A DNA stretch of 64,000 bases, taken from the NCBI RefSeq assembly GCF_053078305.1, contig NZ_CP166875.1; one strand, given 5' to 3'. Within the stretch, counting starts at the first letter, position 1. Every line of letters starts with the position of its first letter. The position numbers and the translations under genes are program-made. A model generated the notes under the pieces. It searched no databases, was not told where the DNA came from, and worked only from the letters and a program-made list of their open reading frames with translations. The DNA is from a plasmid. Below, one piece after another: positions 51,476 through 61,412 of the stretch.

Positions 51476-52960
51476 ATGCGAAAAATAATTGCTCATTTCA
51501 AGATAGTTTTAACCTTACTTTTGCCCGCAACAGTATCTGCCCAGTCGATAGAGTGGCAATCCTGTATGACCACTCCATTTAGTAACTGGTTTGGTGAGGA
51601 AAAACCGTCTCCTGACTTACTATGTGGTTATTTGTCTGTTCCATTAAAATATACAGACACAGGCGGAGATAGTTCTTCTGTAAAAAGACAGCAGGTAAAA
51701 CTGGCGCTGACAAAATTGCCAGCAAAAAGCAGGCATAAAGGGAGTATCATTATAATAAGTGGTGGACCAGGATTACCTGGCATTAATCCTTATATTAACT
51801 TTGACTGGCCGGTAACAAATCTTCGCGAATCATGGGATATTATTGGCTTTGATCCACGGGGAGTCGGCCAGTCCATTCCTGCAATAAACTGCCAGCAATC
51901 AGATACAGGGATTCAGGAAAACATAACTGAAAAGCAACGGGTATTAAATAAAATTAACAGCTGTATCCATAATACCGGAACTGAAGTTATTCGCCATATT
52001 GGTTCTAACGAGGCGGTATATGATATTGATCGTATCAGGCAAGCCCTGGGTGACGAGCAACTGACAGCTGTGGCATATTCGTATGGAACACAAATTGCAG
52101 CCTTATATGCAGAACGTTTCCCATCCAGCATCAGATCTATCGTTCTTGATGGGGTCGTCGATATTGATGACCTGGGGGACAACTTCACATGGCAACTCAA
52201 ACAAGCACAGAGTTATCAGGAAACGTTCGATCGCTTTGCATCCTGGTGTGCACGTACAAAAAGTTGCCCACTTTCTTCAGTCAGAGATAAGGCAATAACT
52301 CAGTTCCATGAGCTGTTATCAAAATTGCATCACAAGCCTTTATTAGACAGCAAGGGAGAAAATATATCTTCAGATGAACTCATATTATTAACAACAGACC
52401 TTTTGTTATGGCGTTCATCATGGCCAACCCTTGCAACTGCCATACGTCAGTTCTCTCAGGGGATTGTCAGTAATGAAATTGAAACTGCGCTCAGTACTCC
52501 TATAGCCTCAGAAGAGTCAAGTGATGCTCTGGGGGTAATCCTTTGTGTTGATCAGGGGGGGGAGCAATTAACCCCAGAAGAGCGAAAATCCCGAAAAGAC
52601 GCTCTTGCGAATGCCTTCCCGGCTATTAACTTTGACAATGGACGTTCCGATTCACCTGATTTTTGTGAATTATGGCCAATACATAGCAACCTGAATAAAA
52701 CCCGGCTGAAAAATACAGTTCTGCCCTCTGGTTTACTGTTTGTAGCACACAAATACGATCCAACAACACCATGGATTAATGCTCGTAAGATGGCAGAGAA
52801 ATTTTCCAGCCCGTTGCTGACAATAAATGGTGATGGGCATACATTAGCTCTTACCGGAGTCAATTTATGTGTAGATAAGGCCGTTGTTCGTCATCTTATC
52901 ACCCCTATGAAAATGGGAAATATATCCTGTCCAGGAAATGCTGAAATAGATATAAAATAG
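51476..52960 (+). CDS. Secreted alpha/beta-hydrolase (S33 peptidase-like)
   Basis: Signal peptide; nucleophile elbow AYSYGT (GxSxG); 494 aa. Confidence 0.6.
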   Translation: MRKIIAHFKIVLTLLLPATVSAQSIEWQSCMTTPFSNWFGEEKPSPDLLCGYLSVPLKYTDTGGDSSSVKRQQVKLALTKLPAKSRHKGSIIIISGGPGLPGINPYINFDWPVTNLRESWDIIGFDPRGVGQSIPAINCQQSDTGIQENITEKQRVLNKINSCIHNTGTEVIRHIGSNEAVYDIDRIRQALGDEQLTAVAYSYGTQIAALYAERFPSSIRSIVLDGVVDIDDLGDNFTWQLKQAQSYQETFDRFASWCARTKSCPLSSVRDKAITQFHELLSKLHHKPLLDSKGENISSDELILLTTDLLLWRSSWPTLATAIRQFSQGIVSNEIETALSTPIASEESSDALGVILCVDQGGEQLTPEERKSRKDALANAFPAINFDNGRSDSPDFCELWPIHSNLNKTRLKNTVLPSGLLFVAHKYDPTTPWINARKMAEKFSSPLLTINGDGHTLALTGVNLCVDKAVVRHLITPMKMGNISCPGNAEIDIK

Positions 52961-53207
52961 TTTAAAAATTGCCCGCCATTTGCTCCTGATACCGGACATA
53001 TTTTGCATTGGGAGCAAAATGCGTTCAGTGCGATCACGGCACCAGAAACGTCAAACTGGATACACGTAAAAAATGTCGCGATCGCGCAAAATCAAGCCAT
53101 TACTCTCGGGAGTGCTTAAATAATACGCACAATATACAACGCTCTCTTCTCTACAGTCTGTTTCCTGTAATATCCTGCGGTTATTTTGATTTCTCAGAAA
53201 TATTTTC

Positions 53208-53789
53208 CTACCGGGCCTTCATACTCAGCCACCTCTGCTCTTTCGCCGCCAGCCAGCGCCTGGAATTTTGAGCATCACATTCCGATACTTCCCCCTCTGG
53301 TTGACCATCCAGGTTATAACGGGGAGTTCCTGCAACAGAGGTTCTCTGCAGGTAGATCCGGCGACTGGTAATGCAGGATACTGCACAATTCCATTCGTCC
53401 AGGGTCAGCGCTGTTTCCGGATGTGCTGCCAGATATGTAGTAATGTCACGGGTTATGCCTGTTTTCAGAGGCAGAAAACCGCCCCCTTCGGCACGAAGTT
53501 GAGGAAACAGCGCTTTCACCTTCTCCAGACAATCGTGAGTGAACTCACTGGTCCAGTGGGATGGTCTTGGAAAGCGTTGTCTTTTCTTTTTCTTCTTCCT
53601 GGCTGGCGCTTCGGGGATATGAGTTTCGACGGCAGGTGAACTGATTCCGGAGGAGACTGATTCTGTCGCCTGTTCAGTGAGTGCAGGCGCGATAACATCT
53701 TTTTTTTCGGCTAAGGAAGGCGGTGAAAAAGAGCGACGTTTTTTCACCACAATGACGGGATTTTTCTTTTCTTCCAGATCTTTTCCCAT
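53208..53789 (-). CDS. ProQ/FinO-family RNA-binding protein (FopA-like), second paralog
   Basis: Same domain pattern as 21557-22183; AT-rich upstream region. Confidence 0.6.
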   Translation of the reverse strand: MGKDLEEKKNPVIVVKKRRSFSPPSLAEKKDVIAPALTEQATESVSSGISSPAVETHIPEAPARKKKKKRQRFPRPSHWTSEFTHDCLEKVKALFPQLRAEGGGFLPLKTGITRDITTYLAAHPETALTLDEWNCAVSCITSRRIYLQRTSVAGTPRYNLDGQPEGEVSECDAQNSRRWLAAKEQRWLSMKAR

Positions 53790-54025
53790 AAATACCTCTG
53801 CTTCAGAATTTATTTTTTAATAATATCACAAATTATAAATTAATAAAGATTCTCATCTGATAAATTTGTTTAATAATCGGCCTCTAAAAAATATATTGTA
53901 TCCACTTTGTTGTGGTTCTGACAGAAGTAAATTAATTTGAAGTAAATAAAGCAAAATATCAGAAGAATATATCGGGGCGCACAGTCTATCTCTGCCTTTG
54001 TTTCATGGGATGTTCTTTGTATATT

Positions 54026-54062
54026 TTACTTGCTGTTTACTTGCTGTTTACTTGCTGTTTAA
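54026..54062 (+). repeat. 11-bp tandem repeat (gtttacttgct) x 3
   Basis: Directly visible. Confidence 0.8.
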
Positions 54063-54416
54063 GTATGTATATAAGGAGTGCATTCATTATGCCAATGAAG
54101 CTTGTAAAGAAGAATCCCCGGAGCAAAGTGATTCGGGAGCTTAGCTGTGAGCAAGAGATGGCAGTAAAGGCGGTCTGCGGACTGAAAAAACAGCAACTAC
54201 GGCACTACATGCCCTGGCCAATGATCTTCTCCGGGAAATGCGTGAGTATGATGCATGGTTACAGTGTGACTGTATTCCGGGAGATTCGCCGACCATGAAT
54301 TTTGCTGCTCTTAAAAACAACACGGGAACTTTTTATCTGTCCAGTTTGGATATAGATAATTATTGTACTAATAAGGGAAGCCAACACCAGCCGACAGACC
54401 AGACGCCGCTGCTCAT

Positions 54417-54638
54417 TCAGTGAAACGCAGATAAACAGTAAAGCAAATCCAGACTCCAGTACGGAATAATCGTCAGCGGTATTAACGGGATCCGGTGCTC
54501 CCAGTCAAACACCAGGCTGCTGATGTTTTCTCTCCCGGCGGTAAACTGATTCGTCATGCCATAAGTAAGAAAGAAGAATGGGGCCAGCACCATTAGCCAG
54601 CCGATTCCCTGAATAATCACCGCACGCCGCGTTGTCAT
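54417..54638 (-). pseudogene. YnbD-like membrane protein, N-terminal fragment only
   Basis: 73 aa with transmembrane segment, coupled to the upstream gene, then premature stop. Confidence 0.35.
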
Positions 54639-56395
54639 GGTTGACGTCGTACCGCCATAGAGACCGTGAAGATGCCCATTTCATCAATTAGTTGCGTGCA
54701 TTTCTCAAAACCGGCGTCACGGACCAGCGCGTCCATCTCGCCCTGAGTACGTACGCGCATTACCCAGGCTTTGCCATTTTTGTGACTGGTGAGTGACCAG
54801 GCGATGGTTTTTAACTGAGGGTGCCAGGGCTGACAGGTGTAGATCAGAATGCCTCCCGGTTCAATCGCTGCAGCCAGCCCGGCAAGCGAATCTCGTACCG
54901 GCCCGTTTTCCGGGAACAGTTCATACAGACCGGACACGATCCCCAGCGTCGGACGCGGTTCCAGTGCCGCCAGTTCATTACGATTAAAGGCATCCCCCTG
55001 CTCAAATCGCGCACGGCCCACCATACCGCGAGAGGCTATCATCTCCTGACCTTTCGCCACGTTTAATTCGCTGTAATCGCGCAGAAGGATCTCGCTTACC
55101 GCCGTTTCGCCTTGCAGGGCATCAAGCACATAGCGTCCATGCCCGGCGGCAATATCCACGATCCGGACCGAGCTACCCTGCTCTGTTAACCGAGCAACAG
55201 CCTGCTGAATTAACATCTGCAGATGAATTTTACGCTGGCGGATCCCCTTCCAGCCCACGCTATTCAGGTAGTTTTTATCAATGAGGCGCCCCAACGAGGT
55301 GCTGCCCTGAGGCTGGTTGCGATAGATGTAGTCTAGGGTACTGCCGGAATCGAAACCAGTCTCAAATCCCAGACGCACCCCCGTGGACTGCGTGCCCAGC
55401 ACTTTCATCCCGTAGCGCAAACAGCGGTAAGAGATATCGTCCAGCGAATACAGCGCAGGGCCACCGCTCAGTATGCGCCAAGTATCGGCGCTGGGGCTCC
55501 AGCGATCTTCCTGGCTGTAATCAAAACGCTGCACGGGACGGGCATACAAGGTATCAATAAAACTGCGCATCCTGTCAAATGCCAGATGCCGCTCTTTTTC
55601 GCCTAAGGTGTCATGATAAAATCCCGGCAGTACATGCAGTTCTTTCTGCGGATTTCGCAGGTTCTGATAAAAATCAAGCTGCGGCTGGCGGTGCACAACG
55701 TAATCTTCCCCGGAGACCAGCAACTGCACAGGTAGCGTAATGGCGCTGGCATCGCTGACGACTCGCTCAGCCGTTTTGTAGAGATCAAGCAGAATATTCA
55801 CAGCAATTGGTCGGGTAATCAGCGGATCCTTATTGAAGCTTGCCACCCGCTCGGGATCGTGCGTCAGATACTTGCCTTTCACATACGAGTTGACGAAGAA
55901 AAGACCGCGCAGGCGATACATCAATTCCAGCCCCTGGCGAGCAAACGGCACATACAATTTGACCTTAAACGCCGGTGATGCCAACACCAGGCCACGAATG
56001 TCCGGGGCATAATCATGCGCCCAGGTTGCCGCCAGAACCGCCCCGACGCTTTGCGCCACGACGACCACATCCGTCATCCCAGCTTGGCTATCTGCGGCGG
56101 CGAAACGCACAAACTCGTCAACATCCTGCACCGAACGCACGAGCGACGGACTGTAACCACGCAGACCCGGTGAGCGACCATGACCTCGGGCATCCATGGC
56201 ATAAAACGCTGTATCCGGCATCGCCAGCTCATCAACAATGTGTTGCAAACGCCCGGAGTGCTCATGCCCACGATGAAACAGGACCACCACTTTTGGCGTT
56301 GAACTGGCTTCTTGTGCTGGCCAGTGGCGATAAAACAGCTCTGTATTATCACTGGTCAGAAACTGCCGTTCATCGGGTATGCGGGAATTAGTCAT
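54635..56395 (-). CDS. Bifunctional alpha/beta hydrolase + class I SAM-dependent methyltransferase (YnbC-like)
   Basis: 586 aa; N-terminal hydrolase region (HRGHEHSGR..., AQSVGA) and C-terminal MTase region (VDIAAGHGR). Confidence 0.6.
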   Translation of the reverse strand: MTNSRIPDERQFLTSDNTELFYRHWPAQEASSTPKVVVLFHRGHEHSGRLQHIVDELAMPDTAFYAMDARGHGRSPGLRGYSPSLVRSVQDVDEFVRFAAADSQAGMTDVVVVAQSVGAVLAATWAHDYAPDIRGLVLASPAFKVKLYVPFARQGLELMYRLRGLFFVNSYVKGKYLTHDPERVASFNKDPLITRPIAVNILLDLYKTAERVVSDASAITLPVQLLVSGEDYVVHRQPQLDFYQNLRNPQKELHVLPGFYHDTLGEKERHLAFDRMRSFIDTLYARPVQRFDYSQEDRWSPSADTWRILSGGPALYSLDDISYRCLRYGMKVLGTQSTGVRLGFETGFDSGSTLDYIYRNQPQGSTSLGRLIDKNYLNSVGWKGIRQRKIHLQMLIQQAVARLTEQGSSVRIVDIAAGHGRYVLDALQGETAVSEILLRDYSELNVAKGQEMIASRGMVGRARFEQGDAFNRNELAALEPRPTLGIVSGLYELFPENGPVRDSLAGLAAAIEPGGILIYTCQPWHPQLKTIAWSLTSHKNGKAWVMRVRTQGEMDALVRDAGFEKCTQLIDEMGIFTVSMAVRRQP

Positions 56396-57029
56396 GGGGA
56401 TGATTTCCTTGCGAGGGTTGCAAAAGCGCCGTTAGTCTTTGCTCCAGGTCGTCCATAAACGTTTTCTTCTCCGGATGCGTACTTAGCGCATCGCCAATAT
56501 TTACATCAATAAACAGCGGCAAAGGGATACGATTACCTTTCGCCATCACACGCTCAGTACCGCGCAACCCAACGGGGATAATGGGCACCTCCGGCATGCG
56601 CTGACTCAAATGCCACACTCCGGATTTCAATGGCGCAAGTACGCCTGGCTCACCGCGCGTCCCTTCCGGAAACAGGATCAGTGTTTTACCTTCACGCAGC
56701 GCCTGTTCACATTGCGCCAGCGGATCGGTATAACAGCCCTTTCTTGAAATAGGAATGATGTTAAGGATCTTCAGCGCAAACCAAGCCATGCGTTTATCCC
56801 GCAGAAAATAATCCGCGGCAGCAACCGGATGAACAGAAGCCTGGTAACGCAGCGGAAAAAGCGAAAGCAAGGCGAAAACATCCATATGGCTGTTGTGATT
56901 TGCCACGATTATCGAAGGCCCGTGCTTCGGCAGTCGCTCGCGGTGGCGGACACGCAGACCAAGCCACAGCCAGATGACCGGCCAGACGATACACAGCGTA
57001 AACAGGGTACGGAGTAGTCGTGTCATCAT
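56388..57029 (-). CDS. Lysophospholipid acyltransferase (PlsC-like)
   Basis: HxxxxD motif (ANHNSHMD) and PEGTR motif (FPEGTRG). Confidence 0.7.
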   Translation of the reverse strand: MMTRLLRTLFTLCIVWPVIWLWLGLRVRHRERLPKHGPSIIVANHNSHMDVFALLSLFPLRYQASVHPVAAADYFLRDKRMAWFALKILNIIPISRKGCYTDPLAQCEQALREGKTLILFPEGTRGEPGVLAPLKSGVWHLSQRMPEVPIIPVGLRGTERVMAKGNRIPLPLFIDVNIGDALSTHPEKKTFMDDLEQRLTALLQPSQGNHPHD

Positions 57030-57032
57030 AGG

Positions 57033-57950
57033 TTAGTAGCAGAAATAGCGAACAAAATGGAAGAAGACCGGTGCGGTAAAAATCAGCGAATCCAGCCGAT
57101 CAAGGATGCCTCCATGGCCGGGTAGCAGCGTACCACTGTCTTTGACGCCGATATCACGCTTGATTGCCGACATCACCACGTCGCCGCAAAAGCCAGTAAC
57201 GCCGATAATAACCCCGGCTAACAGTGCCATCGGCCAGCTCAGGGGAGTCAACAGTGGCCCCAGGACTGTTGCCGCCAGCGCCGTCGTTGCCACCCCACCC
57301 AGCAATCCCTCCAGGGTTTTGTTTGGGCTGACCTTCGGTATGACTTTTATACGACCAAGCGACTTGCCCCACAGGTATTGCGCGATGTCGTTAAATTCGG
57401 TCAGGCCGACCAAAAACAGCACCAACAGCGCGCTGGTTTGCATTCCATCCGCCGGTAACACCAGTAAAAACGCGACATGGCTGAAGGCAAATACGGTGGT
57501 CATCAGACTCCAGTGCAACTGGGAAACGGTACGTAAAAAGCCCTGTGTATCCCCAGCAATCACCATTCGCGCCGGTAAAAAAAGGAACACGTAGACCGGG
57601 ATAAACACCACAAACATGCCGTACCAGCCGATACCTATCAGCCAGTAGTTAAGGGGAATTGCAATAAACATCCATAACAGCGGCATGCGGTCGGACTGGC
57701 GGGAAGGCACCAGCGTCAAAAACTCTTTTAGCGCCATAAAGCTGACCAGCGCGAAGAACGTCAGTGCCAGCCAGCTAGGACTTAATAGTGCGAAGGAAAA
57801 CAGGACGATAATCACCCACCAGGTGCGAATACGTAATGTCAGCTCGCGCCAGTCTTTACCTGGACGCAGCCACACCAGCAACCCGTTGATTACGGTGGCA
57901 ATCAACAGCAGGGAAAAAATAACGATCAGTGATTTTTCAAGTAGCGTCAT
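57033..57950 (-). CDS. CDP-diglyceride synthetase-like membrane protein (CdsA/YnbB-like)
   Basis: 305 aa polytopic membrane protein; C-terminal PGHGGILDRLDS signature. Confidence 0.65.
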   Translation of the reverse strand: MTLLEKSLIVIFSLLLIATVINGLLVWLRPGKDWRELTLRIRTWWVIIVLFSFALLSPSWLALTFFALVSFMALKEFLTLVPSRQSDRMPLLWMFIAIPLNYWLIGIGWYGMFVVFIPVYVFLFLPARMVIAGDTQGFLRTVSQLHWSLMTTVFAFSHVAFLLVLPADGMQTSALLVLFLVGLTEFNDIAQYLWGKSLGRIKVIPKVSPNKTLEGLLGGVATTALAATVLGPLLTPLSWPMALLAGVIIGVTGFCGDVVMSAIKRDIGVKDSGTLLPGHGGILDRLDSLIFTAPVFFHFVRYFCY

Positions 57951-58558
57951 TTCACACCCTCTTCACGCAATGCGCTGCGACAGCGATTAAAAATCGTCCA
58001 TAACAACAACAGTGTTGCGACACCCCATATGACATTATTCCAGGCGACAATCTGCGGCCAGATCGACAGTGACAGCCCCCATGCACCAAACACCAGCGCT
58101 CTGTCGCTTTTGCCCAGCGGACCGGCATAGCTGCGCACGCCGTTAATCGTTTGCGCCAGCACGCCGCAAAACTCGGTCATCAGCGCACAAAACACCACGA
58201 TCAGCACCAGCGGTATACTGCTCTGCGGGAGTAGCATAAAGGGCAGATAAAGCGAGATGTCGGAAATTACATCACCCGTCTCATTGAGGATGGCCCCCAG
58301 ACGCGATCTTTGATTACATTCACGCGCCAGCATACCATCGAGCGCATTGAGCGCCATTCGTACAAACAACACCACGGGCAGAAGGACGAATAATCCGGGC
58401 TGAGGATGAATAATGAGCACCACGCCGGTGATAAGGGAAAGCACCATCGCGCACAGTGTAATGTGATTAGCGGTGACGCCGCGCCTGTTCAGCCAGAACA
58501 TCAGCGGTCTTAACAGAGCCTGAAACGAGGGCTTTATCTGGTAAAGGGTCATCATCAC
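57947..58558 (-). CDS. CDP-alcohol phosphatidyltransferase-family membrane protein (YnbA-like)
   Basis: 203 aa; motif DGxxAR...G...D...D pattern (LDGMLARECNQRSRLGAILNETGDVISD). Confidence 0.65.
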   Translation of the reverse strand: MMMTLYQIKPSFQALLRPLMFWLNRRGVTANHITLCAMVLSLITGVVLIIHPQPGLFVLLPVVLFVRMALNALDGMLARECNQRSRLGAILNETGDVISDISLYLPFMLLPQSSIPLVLIVVFCALMTEFCGVLAQTINGVRSYAGPLGKSDRALVFGAWGLSLSIWPQIVAWNNVIWGVATLLLLWTIFNRCRSALREEGVK

Positions 58559-59035
58559 TCCTTAATAAGCATATTTGACGGGGTTGAGTCTGGCCTTTTA
58601 TTGGGGCTGTCACTGGCACACTGAAAGTGAATACAGTTCCGGGCGCGGAAATCCTGCCTGCTGCGCCGGTAAAGGCGACTGACTGGTATTACGGGAGGCC
58701 AGAGAGCCAGTACCTGTGCCGGTAGACTGTGTGGCTGAACCATAAACATAGTGTCCTGGACAACGGTACAGCACTCTGTGCAGCTGTGTCAGCATGCGCT
58801 TTTCTTTAATTATGCCCAGTCATGTGCGGAGGCAAGGATTTCAAAATATCCGTTACATTTGTTGCATGATGCCTTATCGCTGGTCCGGGCTATTGCTTTA
58901 CTTCTTTTAAATCAGCTCTGATGAACATTTTTTACCACTTTATCGCATTAAGGTTATGTCATTCATCGTCTGGCATCACGTTTTTGGTTATGGTGTCAGG
59001 GTGTACCCTACCGCGATAACGCAACCCTAATAAAG

Positions 59036-59902
59036 TCATTCGATGGCATATTTCTTATTGAGAATATATACGCATAAAATAGTTATAAAAACGCCTAGTC
59101 CCTGAATAAATGATATATCTTCCTGCAGGAAGAACCAGGACAACAGCAATGCTACCAGAGGAATAAAATAGAGCATTGCTCCTGCTATGTGAACGGGAAT
59201 CCAGCGTAGGGAATAAAGATAGAAACAAAAAGCCAAAAAATATTGTAAAATTCCTGACAAAAACACAAGAAATACAGATTCTATTGGCAGTTGCAGGGAT
59301 GTGCCAGTTAGAACAATAAAAAAACAAGCAAGAATAAAAGAGAAAGTCAACTGCCCGGTTAACAACGTAACAGGCTCAAAATTCACAATAAGTCGTGATG
59401 AGATAACAACATAAAAGGATGCTGAGAGTACACCTGCAACAATAAGTATATATCCTGTAATATTATCAATGCGGTCATTGATATCAGGTAGGGCAACCAT
59501 TATACTGCCTGCCATTGCTCCAGCAAGCAATAATATAAAGTGTAATGGTGAGTTAATTTTAACGGAAAATAATATAACAGATAGTATAAGAATAAATACT
59601 GACTCAAGTGAAAAAATAACAGCTGTTATACCAGCAGAAATAAATTTTAGGCCATAGAGAGTGAATGTATACGCCAGAAATGGCTCAAAAATTCCTGTTG
59701 AATAGGCAAGGATTGATTTTTTTGTTACCGGGAGTTTTTTTCTGCTAATTGCGAGAACAAACCATGATAACATTGCAGCACTACCAACTTGCCAGAAAAA
59801 CAACTCTCCGGCATCCATGTTTTCGAGACCTTTTTTGCTCATCACTATTGCTGCTCCCCATGAAAAAGCAGCAAGAAATGCAAACATAATTCCCTTAATC
59901 AT
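59036..59902 (-). CDS. DMT-superfamily (EamA-like) transporter
   Basis: 288 aa, about ten hydrophobic segments, very AT-rich. Confidence 0.55.
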   Translation of the reverse strand: MIKGIMFAFLAAFSWGAAIVMSKKGLENMDAGELFFWQVGSAAMLSWFVLAISRKKLPVTKKSILAYSTGIFEPFLAYTFTLYGLKFISAGITAVIFSLESVFILILSVILFSVKINSPLHFILLLAGAMAGSIMVALPDINDRIDNITGYILIVAGVLSASFYVVISSRLIVNFEPVTLLTGQLTFSFILACFFIVLTGTSLQLPIESVFLVFLSGILQYFLAFCFYLYSLRWIPVHIAGAMLYFIPLVALLLSWFFLQEDISFIQGLGVFITILCVYILNKKYAIE

Positions 59903-60604
59903 ATTTAGTTATCTCCTCAGTATAAAGAGGTTTATTTTCAAACGCTCTTGGTGGAAATGGATTAAAAAACTTTGCTTCTTCATCCACAGGAATACCTGGA
60001 ATTTCTCCATAATAAGGATTGCCAACAGGAAACTTTTCCAGTGAGACATAAAACAATACATTCCAGTTAAAAATCATAGGATCATTACTATCAACATCAT
60101 GGATTATGATGGCGTCCTAAGCCAGTTCTCCAGGAATTAATACATCTGTATGATAAAAACCTGAATAGTAATCACTATTAGTAGAATGTATAGGGCAAGC
60201 AAAGCGATTCATTTTAGTATCTGAGTGCCATGTGGTTGATATTTTTTCTGGTGCGGGAATGATGAAATCTGCTATCATAATATTAAGAAAATACTTTACA
60301 GATATATCCAGTTTCATCTGGTTTCTCCTTTATTGTTATCGTGTACCGGTGCATGACAACATAATCACAGCATGATAATAACAATCAATAACAATCAATA
60401 ACAATAAGCTGTGTCACGTTTACATCATGGAACGGAGGTGCTCCTGTGACCTTTGAGCAGAAAAAAGCCCGGCCATGCCCTGATGGACAGCAAAAAGATG
60501 TGGCGGAGCAATTATGCCCCTCCTCTTCTGCGTATTCTCTGGCGGCTGGGTATCCGGCTTCCGCCATTACCCTTTATGCCGTTCTGGCAGGTCACGCTGT
60601 TGAT

Positions 60605-60642
60605 GGGGCTCTGTGGGAATTTCTGCGATAACACCCGCTAAG
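60605..60642 (+). repeat. 38-bp left terminal inverted repeat of a Tn3-family transposon
   Basis: GGGGCTCTGTGGGAATTTCTGCGATAACACCCGCTAAG, matching the GGGG...CGCTAAG pattern of Tn3-family ends. Confidence 0.6.
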
Positions 60643-60779
60643 CGATTTCTCCCTGACGGAAATCACTTGTTTTCCGTCAGGTCCTGCAGTTGAAGAACAT
60701 TGAATCCATAAATCTGCGATTTTTTGCGTGACAAACCCTGTCGGAATGAGAAACTGTACGGAAACTTCAATTTTAAGGT

Positions 60780-61412
60780 TTGTCGCACATGTTGATTGGT
60801 TATATGCGGGTATCAAGCAATGATGAACGTCAGTCAGTTTCTTTGCAGCGTGATGCGTTGATTGCTGCCGGAGTGGATCCCCGGCATTTACATCAGGATC
60901 ATGCTTCAGGTGCTCGTGATAATCGCCCGGGACTTAAGTCCTGTCTCGCTGAACTTCGCGAAGGTGATGTACTGATAGTCTGGAAACTGGATCGACTTGG
61001 TCGTTCACTCTCACATTTGCTCCGAATTATTGAAGACCTGAAAATTCGTGGTATTGCTTTCCGATCATTGACTGAATCTATTGATACAACAACGCCACAC
61101 GGCTCGTTCCTCTTTAACCTTTTTGGCACGCTCGCGGAGTACGAAAGAGCACTTATCACAGAACGCGTTAATGCTGGTCTGGCTGCTGCTCTCCGGCGGG
61201 GGCGAAAAGGCGGAAGGCCACCGGCGATAGATGCTGAAAAGGTTGATCAAATCCTCGCAGCTCTGGAAGGAGGTGCCAGTAAAGCGTCAGTATGTCGCGC
61301 ATTCAGTGTGCCACGCTCAACACTCACCGATACTCTACGACGAATTGGCTGGGCCGGACCTGGGGGCCGTAATCTGACAACGGATCAGAGCAATGTCATT
61401 TCTCGACGCTAA
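60780..61412 (+). CDS. tnpR: Serine recombinase / resolvase
   Basis: Catalytic serine motif (GYMRVSSNDERQ); C-terminal HTH. Confidence 0.85.
   Translation: MSHMLIGYMRVSSNDERQSVSLQRDALIAAGVDPRHLHQDHASGARDNRPGLKSCLAELREGDVLIVWKLDRLGRSLSHLLRIIEDLKIRGIAFRSLTESIDTTTPHGSFLFNLFGTLAEYERALITERVNAGLAAALRRGRKGGRPPAIDAEKVDQILAALEGGASKASVCRAFSVPRSTLTDTLRRIGWAGPGGRNLTTDQSNVISRR

Noticed and set aside
54005-54423. Two overlapping plus-strand ORFs (97 and 61 aa) that read like one gene with a frameshift
   Set aside because: No recognisable domain and the frame break suggests a decayed fragment; not enough support to call a gene or pseudogene.
59895-60317. Two small minus-strand ORFs downstream of the transporter
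   Set aside because: No motif, AT-rich, possibly fragments of one decayed gene; not supported.
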